Source: Gemmatimonadales bacterium
GTDB lineage: Bacteria; Gemmatimonadota; Gemmatimonadetes; Gemmatimonadales; GWC2-71-9
DNA length: 64,000 nt
Reading direction: 5' to 3'
NCBI GenBank assembly: GCA_035491895.1
Contig: DATJJY010000045.1
Location: 7,673-71,672 of the forward strand
The first letter of the stretch is position 1; every line of letters starts with the position of its first letter. A program made the translations under genes and the position numbers. Shown here in pieces: positions 1 to 8,690 of this stretch. Under the pieces are notes generated by a model, which saw nothing but the letters and a program-made list of their open reading frames with translations, searched no databases and was not told where the DNA came from.

Positions 1-692
1 TCGCCGTACGTGGTGCCGAGATACCGCACAATGCTGCCGCCGATGGGATAGATGATCCCGCCGCCCGCATAGGCGAGCTGGGTCAGCGGCGGCAGCCGTC
101 CCGATACCGTCAGCTCGCGCAGAATCATCTCGTCGCGCGAGTCCTCACCCGCCGAGAAGTACTCGGCCAGCCCCTCCGTCCACCACAACGGCAGGTTGGC
201 GTGCGTGGTGCGCGGGTAGCGCACGTACGCCTCGGTCGCGAGGCTGAGCTGGAAGACGTGCACCAGCTCGTGGCGCAGCGTGTGGCGGAAGTCGGCGTAG
301 TTGCCGGTGAACGGCAGCGTCACGCGCCGCTTGAGGAAGTCGGTGACGCCGAGCAGCGCCTCCGGCGGAGCGTAGGGGAGGACGTTCGTCTGCTCGAAAT
401 CGGTGTGCGACGCGTAGATGATCAGTGGAATGCGGTGCGTCACCGCATGGCTGAAGCGCCGCTCCAGCACGCCGTAACTCTCCTCGGCGTACGCCAGCGC
501 GACGCGCGCCAGCTCCTCTTCCTCGGGATAGAAATAGAGGTCGACGTGCTCGCCGGGGAGAACGCGCCACGCGAAGCTCTGATACTGGATCTTGTTCTGC
601 CCGAAATAGCCGAACTGCGCCGCGAGGACGCGCGGCACACCGCTCGCGACGCAGAGCGCCAGCGCGAGTCGCGCGACCCGGAGCCCGCTCAC
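1..692 (-). CDS. Secreted HExxH zinc-metallopeptidase-like protein, N-terminal fragment (3' end lies beyond the window start)
   Basis: My own minus-strand translation from GTG 692 gives VSGLRVARLALALCVASG... (signal-like), then ...FRHTLRHELVHVFQLS... (HExxH) and WWTEGLAEYF. The frame is open to position 1. It is absent from the ORF track because no stop falls in the window. The start overlaps the upstream stop as GTGA (689-692). Confidence 0.6.
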   Translation of the reverse strand, partial: MSGLRVARLALALCVASGVPRVLAAQFGYFGQNKIQYQSFAWRVLPGEHVDLYFYPEEEELARVALAYAEESYGVLERRFSHAVTHRIPLIIYASHTDFEQTNVLPYAPPEALLGVTDFLKRRVTLPFTGNYADFRHTLRHELVHVFQLSLATEAYVRYPRTTHANLPLWWTEGLAEYFSAGEDSRDEMILRELTVSGRLPPLTQLAYAGGGIIYPIGGSIVRYLGTTYG

Positions 693-2743
693 CGGTGAAT
701 GCTCCGGATCCGGTCTCCCTGGGCGAGCGACTGCAACACGCGCGCGTCGCCGCTCAGGCGCCCGAAGATCGTGTACGTGCCGTCGAGATGCGGCTGATTC
801 GAATAGGTGATGAAGAACTGGCTGCCGCCGGTGTCGGGGCCCGACAGGGCCATGCCGACCGACCCGGTCGTGTAATGCAGCGGGTTGATCTCGTCGCGCA
901 GCACGGTGCCCGGACCACCCCAGCCGTCGCCGCGCGGATCCCCCGCCTGGGCGACGAAGTTGGGCACGACGCGATGCCACGTCTCGCCGTCGAAATAACG
1001 GCGATCGACGAGGGCCAGGAACGCCGTCACGGTCAGCGGCGCCTGCACCGGGAGCAGCTCGACGGTCAGGTTGCCCCGGTCGGTCTCGATCGTGACCTGC
1101 GGGTTCGGCTGCCCCATCGCCGCGGGCAGCAGGTAGCGCCGCACGATGTCGCGATAGTCCGCGTCGGTCTTCCCGGTCGTGATCGGACCCGCTCCCGTCC
1201 CCCACGCGTCGGCCGCCTCGGACAGCCGGGCGGCGGCAAGGCGGCGCACCAGGTAATCATCGGGACGGGAGCTGCCGCTCACGAACGCCTGGACTACCCG
1301 CACTCGCTGCGCTGCCCCACCCTCGGCGATCGCCGCCAGCGCCGCCACCGCCGACAGGCGCGCGTCGTCGAACGGATCGTTCTGGGCGCGGTTGTACGCG
1401 GCCATGAGGCGGTCGACGTCGTCGACCGACGGATGGCGCGCCAGGAGATCCGCGGCGACACTGCGCACCGCGGGATCGGTGTGCGTCAGCAGCGTCCGGG
1501 CCCGGCCGACGAGCGCCGTATCGCTGTCGGCGACGACGCGCGCGAGGCCGCCGAGCGCCGCCGCCACCACGCGAGCGTCGGGATCGCCGAGCAGCGCCTC
1601 GAGTCGCGAGCGGTTCTTCGTCACCGTATACGCCTCCACCGCGACGCTGCGCCAGCGCCACTCGGTGCTGGCGGCCACCGTCCCGGCGGCGCCGTTTCCG
1701 ACACCGCTATCGGCCTCCGCGAGCCCCAGGATCGCCTGGCGCCGCACGCCGAACACCGCGCTCGCGAGCTGGCGCCGCAGCGCCTCGATCGCCGCCGACC
1801 CGCCCAGCACCCCGAGCGTTGTCTCGGCCTGCACCACGACCCCCACCGTCGCATCGGTGAGCGCGCTCACGACGCTCGAGGCGAGGCCGGAATCGCGGCG
1901 GAACGAGGCGAGCGCCCGCAACGCGTTGATGCGCACGCCGGTGTTCTCGTCGGCGACGAGCGGCCGGAGACGCGCCGCGACGGCCGCACGGCCGAGGCCG
2001 CTCGAATCGGCGAGCGTCGCCGTAAGGCTCTTCGCAGCGATGGCGCGCACTTCGTCCGACTGGTCGTTCAGCGCGCGCAGCAGCTGGGCCGCCGCCGACG
2101 CACTGCGCAAGCGTCCCAGCGAGTAGAGTGCGCGAGCGCGCGCCGTCTCGTCGGCGTTGTCGGCGAAGCCGACCAGCTGCGGGATCGGGGCGCGCGCCCC
2201 GAGACGCCACGCTTCGACGAGCGCGGTGCTCACGACCGGCGCGACGCTGGCCTGCCCGAGCGGCGCGGTCTCCAGGATGGTGCGAATCGCCAGCGCGCCC
2301 TCCGCTCCCCCGATCTTCGCGAGCGCCGTGACCGCCTCGATCTCGCGCGGTCCCTGCGCCGCCGGTGGAACGCTGCGGACGAGGGTGAGGAGCGGATCGA
2401 CGGCGCGGGCATCCTTCAGCAGCCCGAGCGCGAACGCGGCGCTCGCCTGGACCGCGACGGTGGAGTCGGTCAACACCGGGATCAGCAGATCGACGGCCTG
2501 GGGATCGCCGATGCGTCCCGCCGCCAGCGCGGCCTGGACGCGCACGTTCAGGTTGTCGGCGTGCAGCGCCTGCGCCAGCGCACTGCCGTCGTATTGGCGC
2601 CCGTCGGAGAGGGCCAGCAGGTGCGCGATCGTGCCGACGACCGCCTCGTCCAGCGGCGGCGCCGGGGAGGCCTGCGCGGCGAGCGTAGCGCCGGCCGTGA
2701 GCGCGGCCGCGAGGCTACAGGCGAACCGGATCGGGTATCGCAT
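689..2743 (-). CDS. Secreted HEAT-repeat protein fused to a C-terminal cyclophilin-type peptidyl-prolyl isomerase
   Basis: 684 aa with an N-terminal signal (MRYPIRFACSLAAALTAGATLAAQA). About 480 aa of Ala/Leu-rich helical repeats follow (...VRxxAAxALG...). The C-terminus reads FHRVVPNFVAQAGDPRGDGWGGPG...GSQFFITYSNQPHLDGTYTIFGRL, typical of cyclophilin PPIases. Confidence 0.85.
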   Translation of the reverse strand: MRYPIRFACSLAAALTAGATLAAQASPAPPLDEAVVGTIAHLLALSDGRQYDGSALAQALHADNLNVRVQAALAAGRIGDPQAVDLLIPVLTDSTVAVQASAAFALGLLKDARAVDPLLTLVRSVPPAAQGPREIEAVTALAKIGGAEGALAIRTILETAPLGQASVAPVVSTALVEAWRLGARAPIPQLVGFADNADETARARALYSLGRLRSASAAAQLLRALNDQSDEVRAIAAKSLTATLADSSGLGRAAVAARLRPLVADENTGVRINALRALASFRRDSGLASSVVSALTDATVGVVVQAETTLGVLGGSAAIEALRRQLASAVFGVRRQAILGLAEADSGVGNGAAGTVAASTEWRWRSVAVEAYTVTKNRSRLEALLGDPDARVVAAALGGLARVVADSDTALVGRARTLLTHTDPAVRSVAADLLARHPSVDDVDRLMAAYNRAQNDPFDDARLSAVAALAAIAEGGAAQRVRVVQAFVSGSSRPDDYLVRRLAAARLSEAADAWGTGAGPITTGKTDADYRDIVRRYLLPAAMGQPNPQVTIETDRGNLTVELLPVQAPLTVTAFLALVDRRYFDGETWHRVVPNFVAQAGDPRGDGWGGPGTVLRDEINPLHYTTGSVGMALSGPDTGGSQFFITYSNQPHLDGTYTIFGRLSGDARVLQSLAQGDRIRSIHR

Positions 2744-3083
2744 GCAGGCGTTCGGTGACGTCGGCCGGCACGCGGCTCAGCGCGCGGCGGCGGTCCAGAG
2801 CGATCAAAGAAGTTTCCGCGGTGGCGAGGATCTCGGCGGTCCCGGCGCGCTCCACGGCGTAGCCGAACACGACCCGGCGCGAGGCCAGATCGCGAACCCA
2901 ACACCGGATGCGCACGACATCGTCGTATCGGGCGGCCAGACGGTACCGGATGCGTGCTTCGGTCACCGCCAGGAAGACGCCGCGCTCCTCCATGTCCTTG
3001 TAGGTGACCCCCGTTCGCCGGAGGTGTTCCGTACGGGCAATGTCCAGCCACACGAGATAATTGCCGTGATACACGAACCCCAT
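2715..3083 (-). CDS. Acyl-CoA thioesterase, 4HBT/YbgC-like hotdog fold
   Basis: MGFVYHGNYLVWLDIARTEHLR...VTEARIRYRLAARYDDVVRIRCWV is the YbgC-type pattern. Upstream in frame are only ...VEHRVNYSETDQ and a CTG at 3149, so the true start may be that CTG. The gene overlaps the downstream start by 29 nt. Confidence 0.75.
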   Translation of the reverse strand: MGFVYHGNYLVWLDIARTEHLRRTGVTYKDMEERGVFLAVTEARIRYRLAARYDDVVRIRCWVRDLASRRVVFGYAVERAGTAEILATAETSLIALDRRRALSRVPADVTERLHAIPDPVRL

Positions 3084-3153
3084 CTGGTCGGTTTCGGAGT
3101 AGTTGACGCGGTGTTCGACGGAGCTGACCGGATCGGCTGATGGGTCCAGAGCG

Positions 3154-5550
3154 TCACTCGCCGTAGGGGATCCAGATGTTCTTCACCTGCGTGGCATGGC
3201 GCAGAAACTCCCGGCCTTCTCCCACGCGCGGATCGAGCCAGTCGCGCGCGCCCGGGACCCAGGTGCGCTTCATGTTCCCCGCCGACGCCGCTTCCACCGC
3301 CTTCGCGCCCGCGGCGCCACCCGCGTACCACACGGCATCGACATCCAGGTGCTCGGCCAGGATCCCGGCCAGCGCATCGGTCTCCCCCGTCACGATGTTG
3401 ATGACGCCGCCGGGAAGATCGGACGTTTCGAGCACGCTGTAGAAATCGGTGGCGGCAAGGGGATAGGGCGACGACGGGATCGCGACGACGGTGTTGCCCA
3501 CCGCGACCGCCGGAGCGACGAGCGACACGAAGCCGAGCAGCGGCGCCGCCGCCGGTGCGGCGATGCCGATCACCCCAATGGGCTCGTTCATGGCGAGCGT
3601 CACGCCGCGGATCGGCACCTGGTGCACCGCGCCGTCGTACTTGTCCGCCCAGGCGGCGTAGGTGAAGAGCCGCGCGATCGCGGCCTCGACTTCGCGCCGC
3701 GCGTCGTCGCCCGTGCCACCGGTGAGCGCCGCGATCCGGGCCGTGAACTCGCCCGTTCGCGTCGCGAGGTTTTCGGCGATGTAATACAGGATCTGCGCGC
3801 GGAGATGCCCCGCCCCGCGACCCCACTCCGCGGCGGCGTGCGCCGCTTCCACGGCGTCGCGAATATCCTTGCGGTTTCCCTCGCCGACCTCGCCGATGAT
3901 CCGTCCGTCGCCGGAGCGGATCTGGCGGCTGTAGCCCTGATCGGGGCGAACTTGCTTCCCCCCGATGTAGAGCTTGGGGGTGCGGTCGATGGGCGGCAAG
4001 GTACCAGGTGTCGGGTGTCGGGTGTCAGCGGGCACCGGGGCGGGCACAGGCGTCCCTGACACCTGACCCCCGGCACCCGACACCTCGAGTTTCAAGTACT
4101 CATACATGCCTTCGCGACCACCCTCGCGCCCGAACCCCGACTCGCGATAGCCGCCGAATCCCGAGGCGGCGTCGAACAGATTGGTCGAGTTGATCCAGAC
4201 GACGCCGGCTTTGATCTTCGGCGCGACGTCCAGGGCGAGATTGATGTTCTCCGTCCAGACGGACGCGGCGAGTCCGTACGGGGTGTTGTTCGCCAGCGCC
4301 ACCGCTTCCGCCGGCGTCCGGAACGTCATCGAGACGAGCACCGGTCCGAAGATCTCGACCTGGGCGATCGTGGCGGCGGGAGCGACGCCGGTGAACAGCG
4401 TCGGCGGATAGAAGTAGCCGTCGGTCGGGCATGCCCACGATGGCTGCCACATCGTGGCGCCCTCGGCGACCCCCGTCTCGACCAGCCCCCGGATGCGCTC
4501 GAGCTGCACCGGGGCCACGATCGCGCCCATGTCGACCGCTTTGTCGAGCGGCGAGCCGACACGCAGCTTCTCCATGCGGGTGCGCAGCTTCGCGATCAAC
4601 CGCTCGGCGATCCCTTCCTGCACCAGCATGCGCGAGCCGGCGCAGCACACCTGCCCCTGGTTGAACCAGATGGCGTCCACCACCCCCTCGACGACGCTGT
4701 CCAGGTCGGCATCCTCGAAGACGATGAAGGGACTCTTCCCCCCGAGCTCGAGCGTCAGCTTTTTCCCGGTGCCCGCCGTCGCCTTGCGAATCACCCGCCC
4801 GACCTCGGTCGAGCCGGTGAAGGCGATCTTGTCGACGCCGGCGTGCTCGACGAGCAGCGCGCCGGTCCGGCCGTCGCCCGTAATCACGTTGAGGACACCC
4901 GGCGGCAGCCCCGCGTCCTTCGCGATGTCGGCAAAGCAGAGCGCGGTGAGCGACGTGAACTCGGCCGGCTTCAGCACCACCGTGTTTCCCGCCGCCAGCG
5001 CCGGCGCGATCTTCCACGCCAGCATGAGGAGCGGGAAATTCCACGGGATGATCTGACCGACGACGCCGATGGGTCCGTATCCCGGGAATTCGACGTCGCG
5101 CAGCTGGGCCCAGCCGGCGTGATGGTAGAAGTGCCGGGCGACGAGCGGGATGTCGAGATCGCGGGTCTCGCGGATCGACTTGCCGTTGTCGAGGCTCTCG
5201 AGCACGGCGAGGAGGCGCGAGTGCTTCTGGACGGCCCGCGCCAGCGCGTACAGATGGCGGGCGCGGACGTGTCCGGGGAGCGCCGACCACGCCGGCAACA
5301 CCTCGCGCGCGGCTCGCACCGCGGCATCGACGTCGGGCGCTCCGGCCTGCGCGATGCGCGCCAGCACGGCCCGCGTCGCGGGGTTGATCGTCTCGAACGT
5401 CTCCCCTGCCGCGGGCGCGACCCACTTCCCGCCGATGAACAACCCGAACGTTCCAGTGCGCGCGCGGATCCAGTCGAGCGCGGGGCCGCTCGCCTCCGGC
5501 GCCGGCCCCCACTCCATCGTCTCGAAGATGCGGGCGACGGTCGTGGTCAC
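3154..5550 (-). CDS. Fused aldehyde dehydrogenase: complete catalytic ALDH domain, Pro-rich linker, then a second truncated ALDH-like cofactor-binding half
   Basis: 798 aa. The first ~490 aa carry ELGGKSP and FNQGQVCCAGSR (catalytic Glu and Cys) and end with ...GREGMYEYLKLE. After the linker VSGAGGQVSGTPVPAPVPADTRHPTPGTLPP, a second ALDH-type N-terminus starts (TPKLYIGGKQV...) with no catalytic Cys/Glu motifs. Confidence 0.85.
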   Translation of the reverse strand: MTTTVARIFETMEWGPAPEASGPALDWIRARTGTFGLFIGGKWVAPAAGETFETINPATRAVLARIAQAGAPDVDAAVRAAREVLPAWSALPGHVRARHLYALARAVQKHSRLLAVLESLDNGKSIRETRDLDIPLVARHFYHHAGWAQLRDVEFPGYGPIGVVGQIIPWNFPLLMLAWKIAPALAAGNTVVLKPAEFTSLTALCFADIAKDAGLPPGVLNVITGDGRTGALLVEHAGVDKIAFTGSTEVGRVIRKATAGTGKKLTLELGGKSPFIVFEDADLDSVVEGVVDAIWFNQGQVCCAGSRMLVQEGIAERLIAKLRTRMEKLRVGSPLDKAVDMGAIVAPVQLERIRGLVETGVAEGATMWQPSWACPTDGYFYPPTLFTGVAPAATIAQVEIFGPVLVSMTFRTPAEAVALANNTPYGLAASVWTENINLALDVAPKIKAGVVWINSTNLFDAASGFGGYRESGFGREGGREGMYEYLKLEVSGAGGQVSGTPVPAPVPADTRHPTPGTLPPIDRTPKLYIGGKQVRPDQGYSRQIRSGDGRIIGEVGEGNRKDIRDAVEAAHAAAEWGRGAGHLRAQILYYIAENLATRTGEFTARIAALTGGTGDDARREVEAAIARLFTYAAWADKYDGAVHQVPIRGVTLAMNEPIGVIGIAAPAAAPLLGFVSLVAPAVAVGNTVVAIPSSPYPLAATDFYSVLETSDLPGGVINIVTGETDALAGILAEHLDVDAVWYAGGAAGAKAVEAASAGNMKRTWVPGARDWLDPRVGEGREFLRHATQVKNIWIPYGE
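4005..4084. repeat. Inverted pair of heptamer runs (CAGGTGT CGGGTGT CGGGTGT ... CTGACAC CTGACCC CCGGCAC CCGACAC) inside the ALDH coding sequence
   Basis: GGTGTCGGGTG (4008-4018) is the exact complement of CACCCGACACC (4074-4084). The segment encodes precisely the inter-domain linker. Confidence 0.8.
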
Positions 5551-5551
5551 G

Positions 5552-6595
5552 TCACACCATCGGATGCCGGTGCGCGGCGCTGTAGCGGCCGGTCACGAAG
5601 TACTCGAGCTGGCGCTCGATGTCGGTGAGCAGGGCGGAGGCGCCCAGCCGGAAGCGGTCGGCGTGCAGCCAGGGGAGGCCCAGCTCTTCCTTCATGAGGA
5701 TGAGCCAATCGAGGGCACCTTTGGCGGTGCGGATCCCTCCCGCCGGCTTGAAGCCGACGGCGTGGCGGGTGCGGTCCTGGTACTCGCGAATCATCCGGGT
5801 CATGACGAGTCCCACCGGGAGCGTCGCGTTCACGGGCTCCTTGCCGGTCGACGTCTTGATGAAATCGGCGCCCGCCATCATCGCCACGAGACTCGCCCGG
5901 GCGACGTTGGTGAGCGTCGCGAGCTCCCCCGTGGCGAGGATCACCTTCACGTGCGCGTCGCCGCACGCTTCGCGGAACGCCAGGACCTCTTCGTAGAGAC
6001 CCGACCAGTCCCCGGTGAGGACGTGGGCGCGTGTGATCACGACGTCGATCTCCTCGGCGCCCGCCTCGACCGACGCGCGCACCTCGGCGAGCCGCTGCGG
6101 GAAGGGATTCAGCCCCGCCGGGAATCCCGTCGACACCGCGGCCACCGGAATGCCGCTCCCCTCGAGCGCCCGGACCGCGGTCGGGACGAGGGCGTGGTAG
6201 ACGCACACCGCGCCCACGGTGAGCCCCAGCGACTCGACGCCCAGGGCTGCTATCAGATCGTGGCGGATGGGGGCCCGCGCCTTGGCACAGAGCCGCAGCA
6301 CGTTCCCCGGTGTGTCGTCGCCCTGGAGGGTGGTGAGATCGATGCAGGTCACGGCGCGGAGCAGCCACGCGGCCTGCCATTCCTTCTTGACGGTGCGGCG
6401 TTTCGGCAACGTGGCGGCGCGGCGCTCGACGGCGCTGCGGTTGATGCGGATCGAGCGAATCAAGTCGAGGTCCAGCGGAATGCCGGGATTGCGCTCGGCA
6501 ACGACCGGCGGGCGCGCGGCGCTCCCCTCGGGCGCCCCCCTCGGTCCGGGAGCGCGCGGGCGACGTATGCGCGGATCGTCGCGTGTGACCGTCAT
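5552..6595 (-). CDS. deoC: Deoxyribose-phosphate aldolase (long form)
   Basis: CIDLTTLQGDDTPGNV, VGAVCVY, EIDVVI and the Schiff-base lysine context ADFIKTSTGK, followed by GFKPAGGIRT. The stop lies 2 nt before the ALDH start. Confidence 0.85.
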   Translation of the reverse strand: MTVTRDDPRIRRPRAPGPRGAPEGSAARPPVVAERNPGIPLDLDLIRSIRINRSAVERRAATLPKRRTVKKEWQAAWLLRAVTCIDLTTLQGDDTPGNVLRLCAKARAPIRHDLIAALGVESLGLTVGAVCVYHALVPTAVRALEGSGIPVAAVSTGFPAGLNPFPQRLAEVRASVEAGAEEIDVVITRAHVLTGDWSGLYEEVLAFREACGDAHVKVILATGELATLTNVARASLVAMMAGADFIKTSTGKEPVNATLPVGLVMTRMIREYQDRTRHAVGFKPAGGIRTAKGALDWLILMKEELGLPWLHADRFRLGASALLTDIERQLEYFVTGRYSAAHRHPMV

Positions 6596-6656
6596 GCTGT
6601 CGGGAGAATGCGCGGGACGATGGCAAAAGTCAAAGGCGGTTCATAGCTTGGGGGCC

Positions 6657-7400
6657 GTGCCACCGCCCGCATCCCGCTGCCTCGTCGTGGCCGACGCCCA
6701 CCTGGGCCAGGTCCCCGAGTCCGTCGCTCGCGCCTTCCATACCTTCCTCGATACGGTGCCGCAGCCGGGCGACGAGCTGGTCGTCAACGGCGATCTGTTC
6801 GACTTCTGGTTCGAGTACGGCACCGTGGTGCCGCGCCGCCACCTCGCGACCGTCATGAAGCTCGCCGGCCTCGTGCAGCGCGGCATTCCGGTCACGTTCC
6901 TGGGCGGCAACCACGACCGCTGGGGCGGCGACTTCCTGCGCCGGGACATGGGGATCGGCTACCACTCCGGCGCTGCCGAGCTCGTCCTCGCGGGCCGGCG
7001 GGCGCTCGTGGTGCACGGCGACGGACTGACCGAACAGCACTGGAGCGGCGCCCTGCTCCACTGGCTGCTGCGCCAGCCGCTGACCATCGCTGTGTTCCGC
7101 ATGCTGCACCCCGCGATCGGGTTCTGGATCGCCGACCGGTTGTCGGGAACGCTGGCCGACAGCACCAAGGACAAGGCGGTGCTCGACCGGGCTGAAGCGG
7201 CGCAGGCGGCGTACGCGCGGGCGCTGCTCGAGCAGCGGACGGACCTGTCGCTCGTCGTGATGGCGCACACGCACCGTCCCCGGCTCGAGGATGTGGGAAA
7301 CGGACGCGCGTACGTGAACCCGGGAGCCTTTCTTGACGGTGGCCGCTATGCGGTGATTACGGCGGAGTCAGTCGATCTGAAGACTTTCACAGACGTCTGA
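6657..7400 (+). CDS. lpxH: UDP-2,3-diacylglucosamine hydrolase-like metallophosphoesterase
   Basis: CLVVADAHLG, VVNGDLFDFWFEY, FLGGNHDRWGG, VHGDG and MAHTHRP are calcineurin-like motifs in LpxH order. The track ORF (6219) over-extends across deoC. Plausible starts are GTG 6657 or TTG 6648. Confidence 0.65.
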   Translation: MPPPASRCLVVADAHLGQVPESVARAFHTFLDTVPQPGDELVVNGDLFDFWFEYGTVVPRRHLATVMKLAGLVQRGIPVTFLGGNHDRWGGDFLRRDMGIGYHSGAAELVLAGRRALVVHGDGLTEQHWSGALLHWLLRQPLTIAVFRMLHPAIGFWIADRLSGTLADSTKDKAVLDRAEAAQAAYARALLEQRTDLSLVVMAHTHRPRLEDVGNGRAYVNPGAFLDGGRYAVITAESVDLKTFTDV

Positions 7401-7425
7401 CGTCAGACGTCTGACGTCAGAATCA
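7391..7425. repeat. 7-nt periodic array AGACGTC/TGACGTC x4.5, with a perfect 24-nt palindrome at 7390-7413
   Basis: The sequence reads AGACGTC TGACGTC AGACGTC TGACGTC AGAATCA. CAGACGTCTGACGTCAGACGTCTG equals its own reverse complement. The stop of lpxH-like (7398-7400) and the stop of murI (7423-7425) both lie inside the array. Confidence 0.9.
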
Positions 7426-8223
7426 CCCGAGCGAGACGACCTCCACCTCTTGCAGTCGTTCGCCGAGGAACCGTGCTCCCACATTGCGGAAGTGCGGCTC
7501 GTCGTCCGACACGACGAACTCGTGCGTGACGTGGCTGTCGTCCGACGTCGCCAGTCCGCCCGCCGCGAGCTGGCGCACCACCTCCGCCGCCGTCTCTTCC
7601 GCGCTGTCGATCAGACGCACCGTCGGCCCCAGCACCCGGGAGAGCAGCGGCTTGAGGAGGGGATAGTGGGTGCAACCGAGGACCAGGACGTCGACGTCCG
7701 CGGCGAGAAGCGGCTCGAGGTACTCGCGCGCGACGAGCTCCGTCGCGGGATGGTCGAACCACCCTTCCTCGATGAGCGGCACGAAGAGCGGGCACGCCTG
7801 CGAGATGACGGTCGCGTCGGGGCGCAGCGCCTTGATGGCGCGCTCGTAGGCACCGCTCGCGATCGTGCCCGCGGTCCCGATCACGCCGATGCGGCCGCTC
7901 CGGGTCGCTCTGGTGGCCGCCCACGACCCCGGCTCGATCACGCCGATGACGGGGACCGGCGAGCGCGAGCGCAGCTCGTCGAGGGCATGGGCGGTGCTCG
8001 TGTTGCAGGCGACGACGACCATCTTCACGCCGCGTTCCAGCAAATACTGGAGGATCTCGGCGCTGTAGCGACGCACCGTCTCGGGGGACTTCGGACCATA
8101 GGGAACGCGCGCCGTATCGCCGAAGTACACGACCGACTCCCGCGGCAGGTGCTCGAAGATCGCGTGCGCGACGGTGAGCCCGCCGATGCCGGAGTCGAAG
8201 ACGCCGAGCGGAGCGGCGTTCAC
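7423..8223 (-). CDS. murI: Glutamate racemase
   Basis: LGVFDSGIGGLTV, VYFGDTARVPYG, VVACNTSTA and LGCTHYPLL. The real start is GTG 8223, overlapping the upstream stop as GTGA. The first ~108 aa of the track ORF are spurious. Confidence 0.85.
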   Translation of the reverse strand: MNAAPLGVFDSGIGGLTVAHAIFEHLPRESVVYFGDTARVPYGPKSPETVRRYSAEILQYLLERGVKMVVVACNTSTAHALDELRSRSPVPVIGVIEPGSWAATRATRSGRIGVIGTAGTIASGAYERAIKALRPDATVISQACPLFVPLIEEGWFDHPATELVAREYLEPLLAADVDVLVLGCTHYPLLKPLLSRVLGPTVRLIDSAEETAAEVVRQLAAGGLATSDDSHVTHEFVVSDDEPHFRNVGARFLGERLQEVEVVSLG

Positions 8224-8690
8224 GGACGCGGCAAGGGGAAGCTCACGCCGACGCCTCCCGGCAGCGCCTGGACCTTCAGGTCTTTGGGAAAATCCCTCAG
8301 ATGCGCCGCGACGAACGCCTCGGCGCCCGCGAAGAGATGGTTGAACCCCCAGAGCACGAGCCAGTCCTGCACCTCCTGGCGCTTGGCGTGCAGGTTCGGG
8401 AGGTTTGCTTCCTTGAAGTAGTTCGCCTCCTGCTGCGCTTTCAGGGTCATGTACATCGTCGTCCCTTCCCAGACCACGAAGATCGCCCCGGTGACGTTGC
8501 GGCCGGTGGCGGCCTGTCCCCAGCCGGGGAGCAGCAGAGAGCGCCACAGCGCGCCGATCGGGCCGACGAGATGCGAGGTGTCGGCGGGCGCCGCGGCGCG
8601 AGGCTGCGTGTCTTGCGGCGTCTGGGCGGACAGGCGGACGGCCGGTCGGGCGGTCAAAGTCAAAACCAATAGGATCGACAGCCCTTTCAT
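8220..8690 (-). CDS. Small secreted/membrane-associated hypothetical protein (possibly DUF5683-like, LLPGWGQ motif)
   Basis: ATG 8690 gives MKGLSILLVLTLTARPAVRLSAQ (signal), then ...LLLPGWGQAATGRN...; 156 aa. It is the C-terminal part of the over-extended track ORF 8220..9845. ATGA overlap with the upstream stop (8687-8690). Confidence 0.6.
   Translation of the reverse strand: MKGLSILLVLTLTARPAVRLSAQTPQDTQPRAAAPADTSHLVGPIGALWRSLLLPGWGQAATGRNVTGAIFVVWEGTTMYMTLKAQQEANYFKEANLPNLHAKRQEVQDWLVLWGFNHLFAGAEAFVAAHLRDFPKDLKVQALPGGVGVSFPLPRP

Noticed and set aside
6219-6656. A 5' extension of the lpxH-like ORF overlapping deoC on the opposite strand.
   Set aside because: The translation is Arg/Ser-rich and motif-free and is antisense to a well-supported deoC. 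The metallophosphoesterase motif I (VVADAHLG) begins about 10 codons after GTG 6657, as in LpxH homologues.
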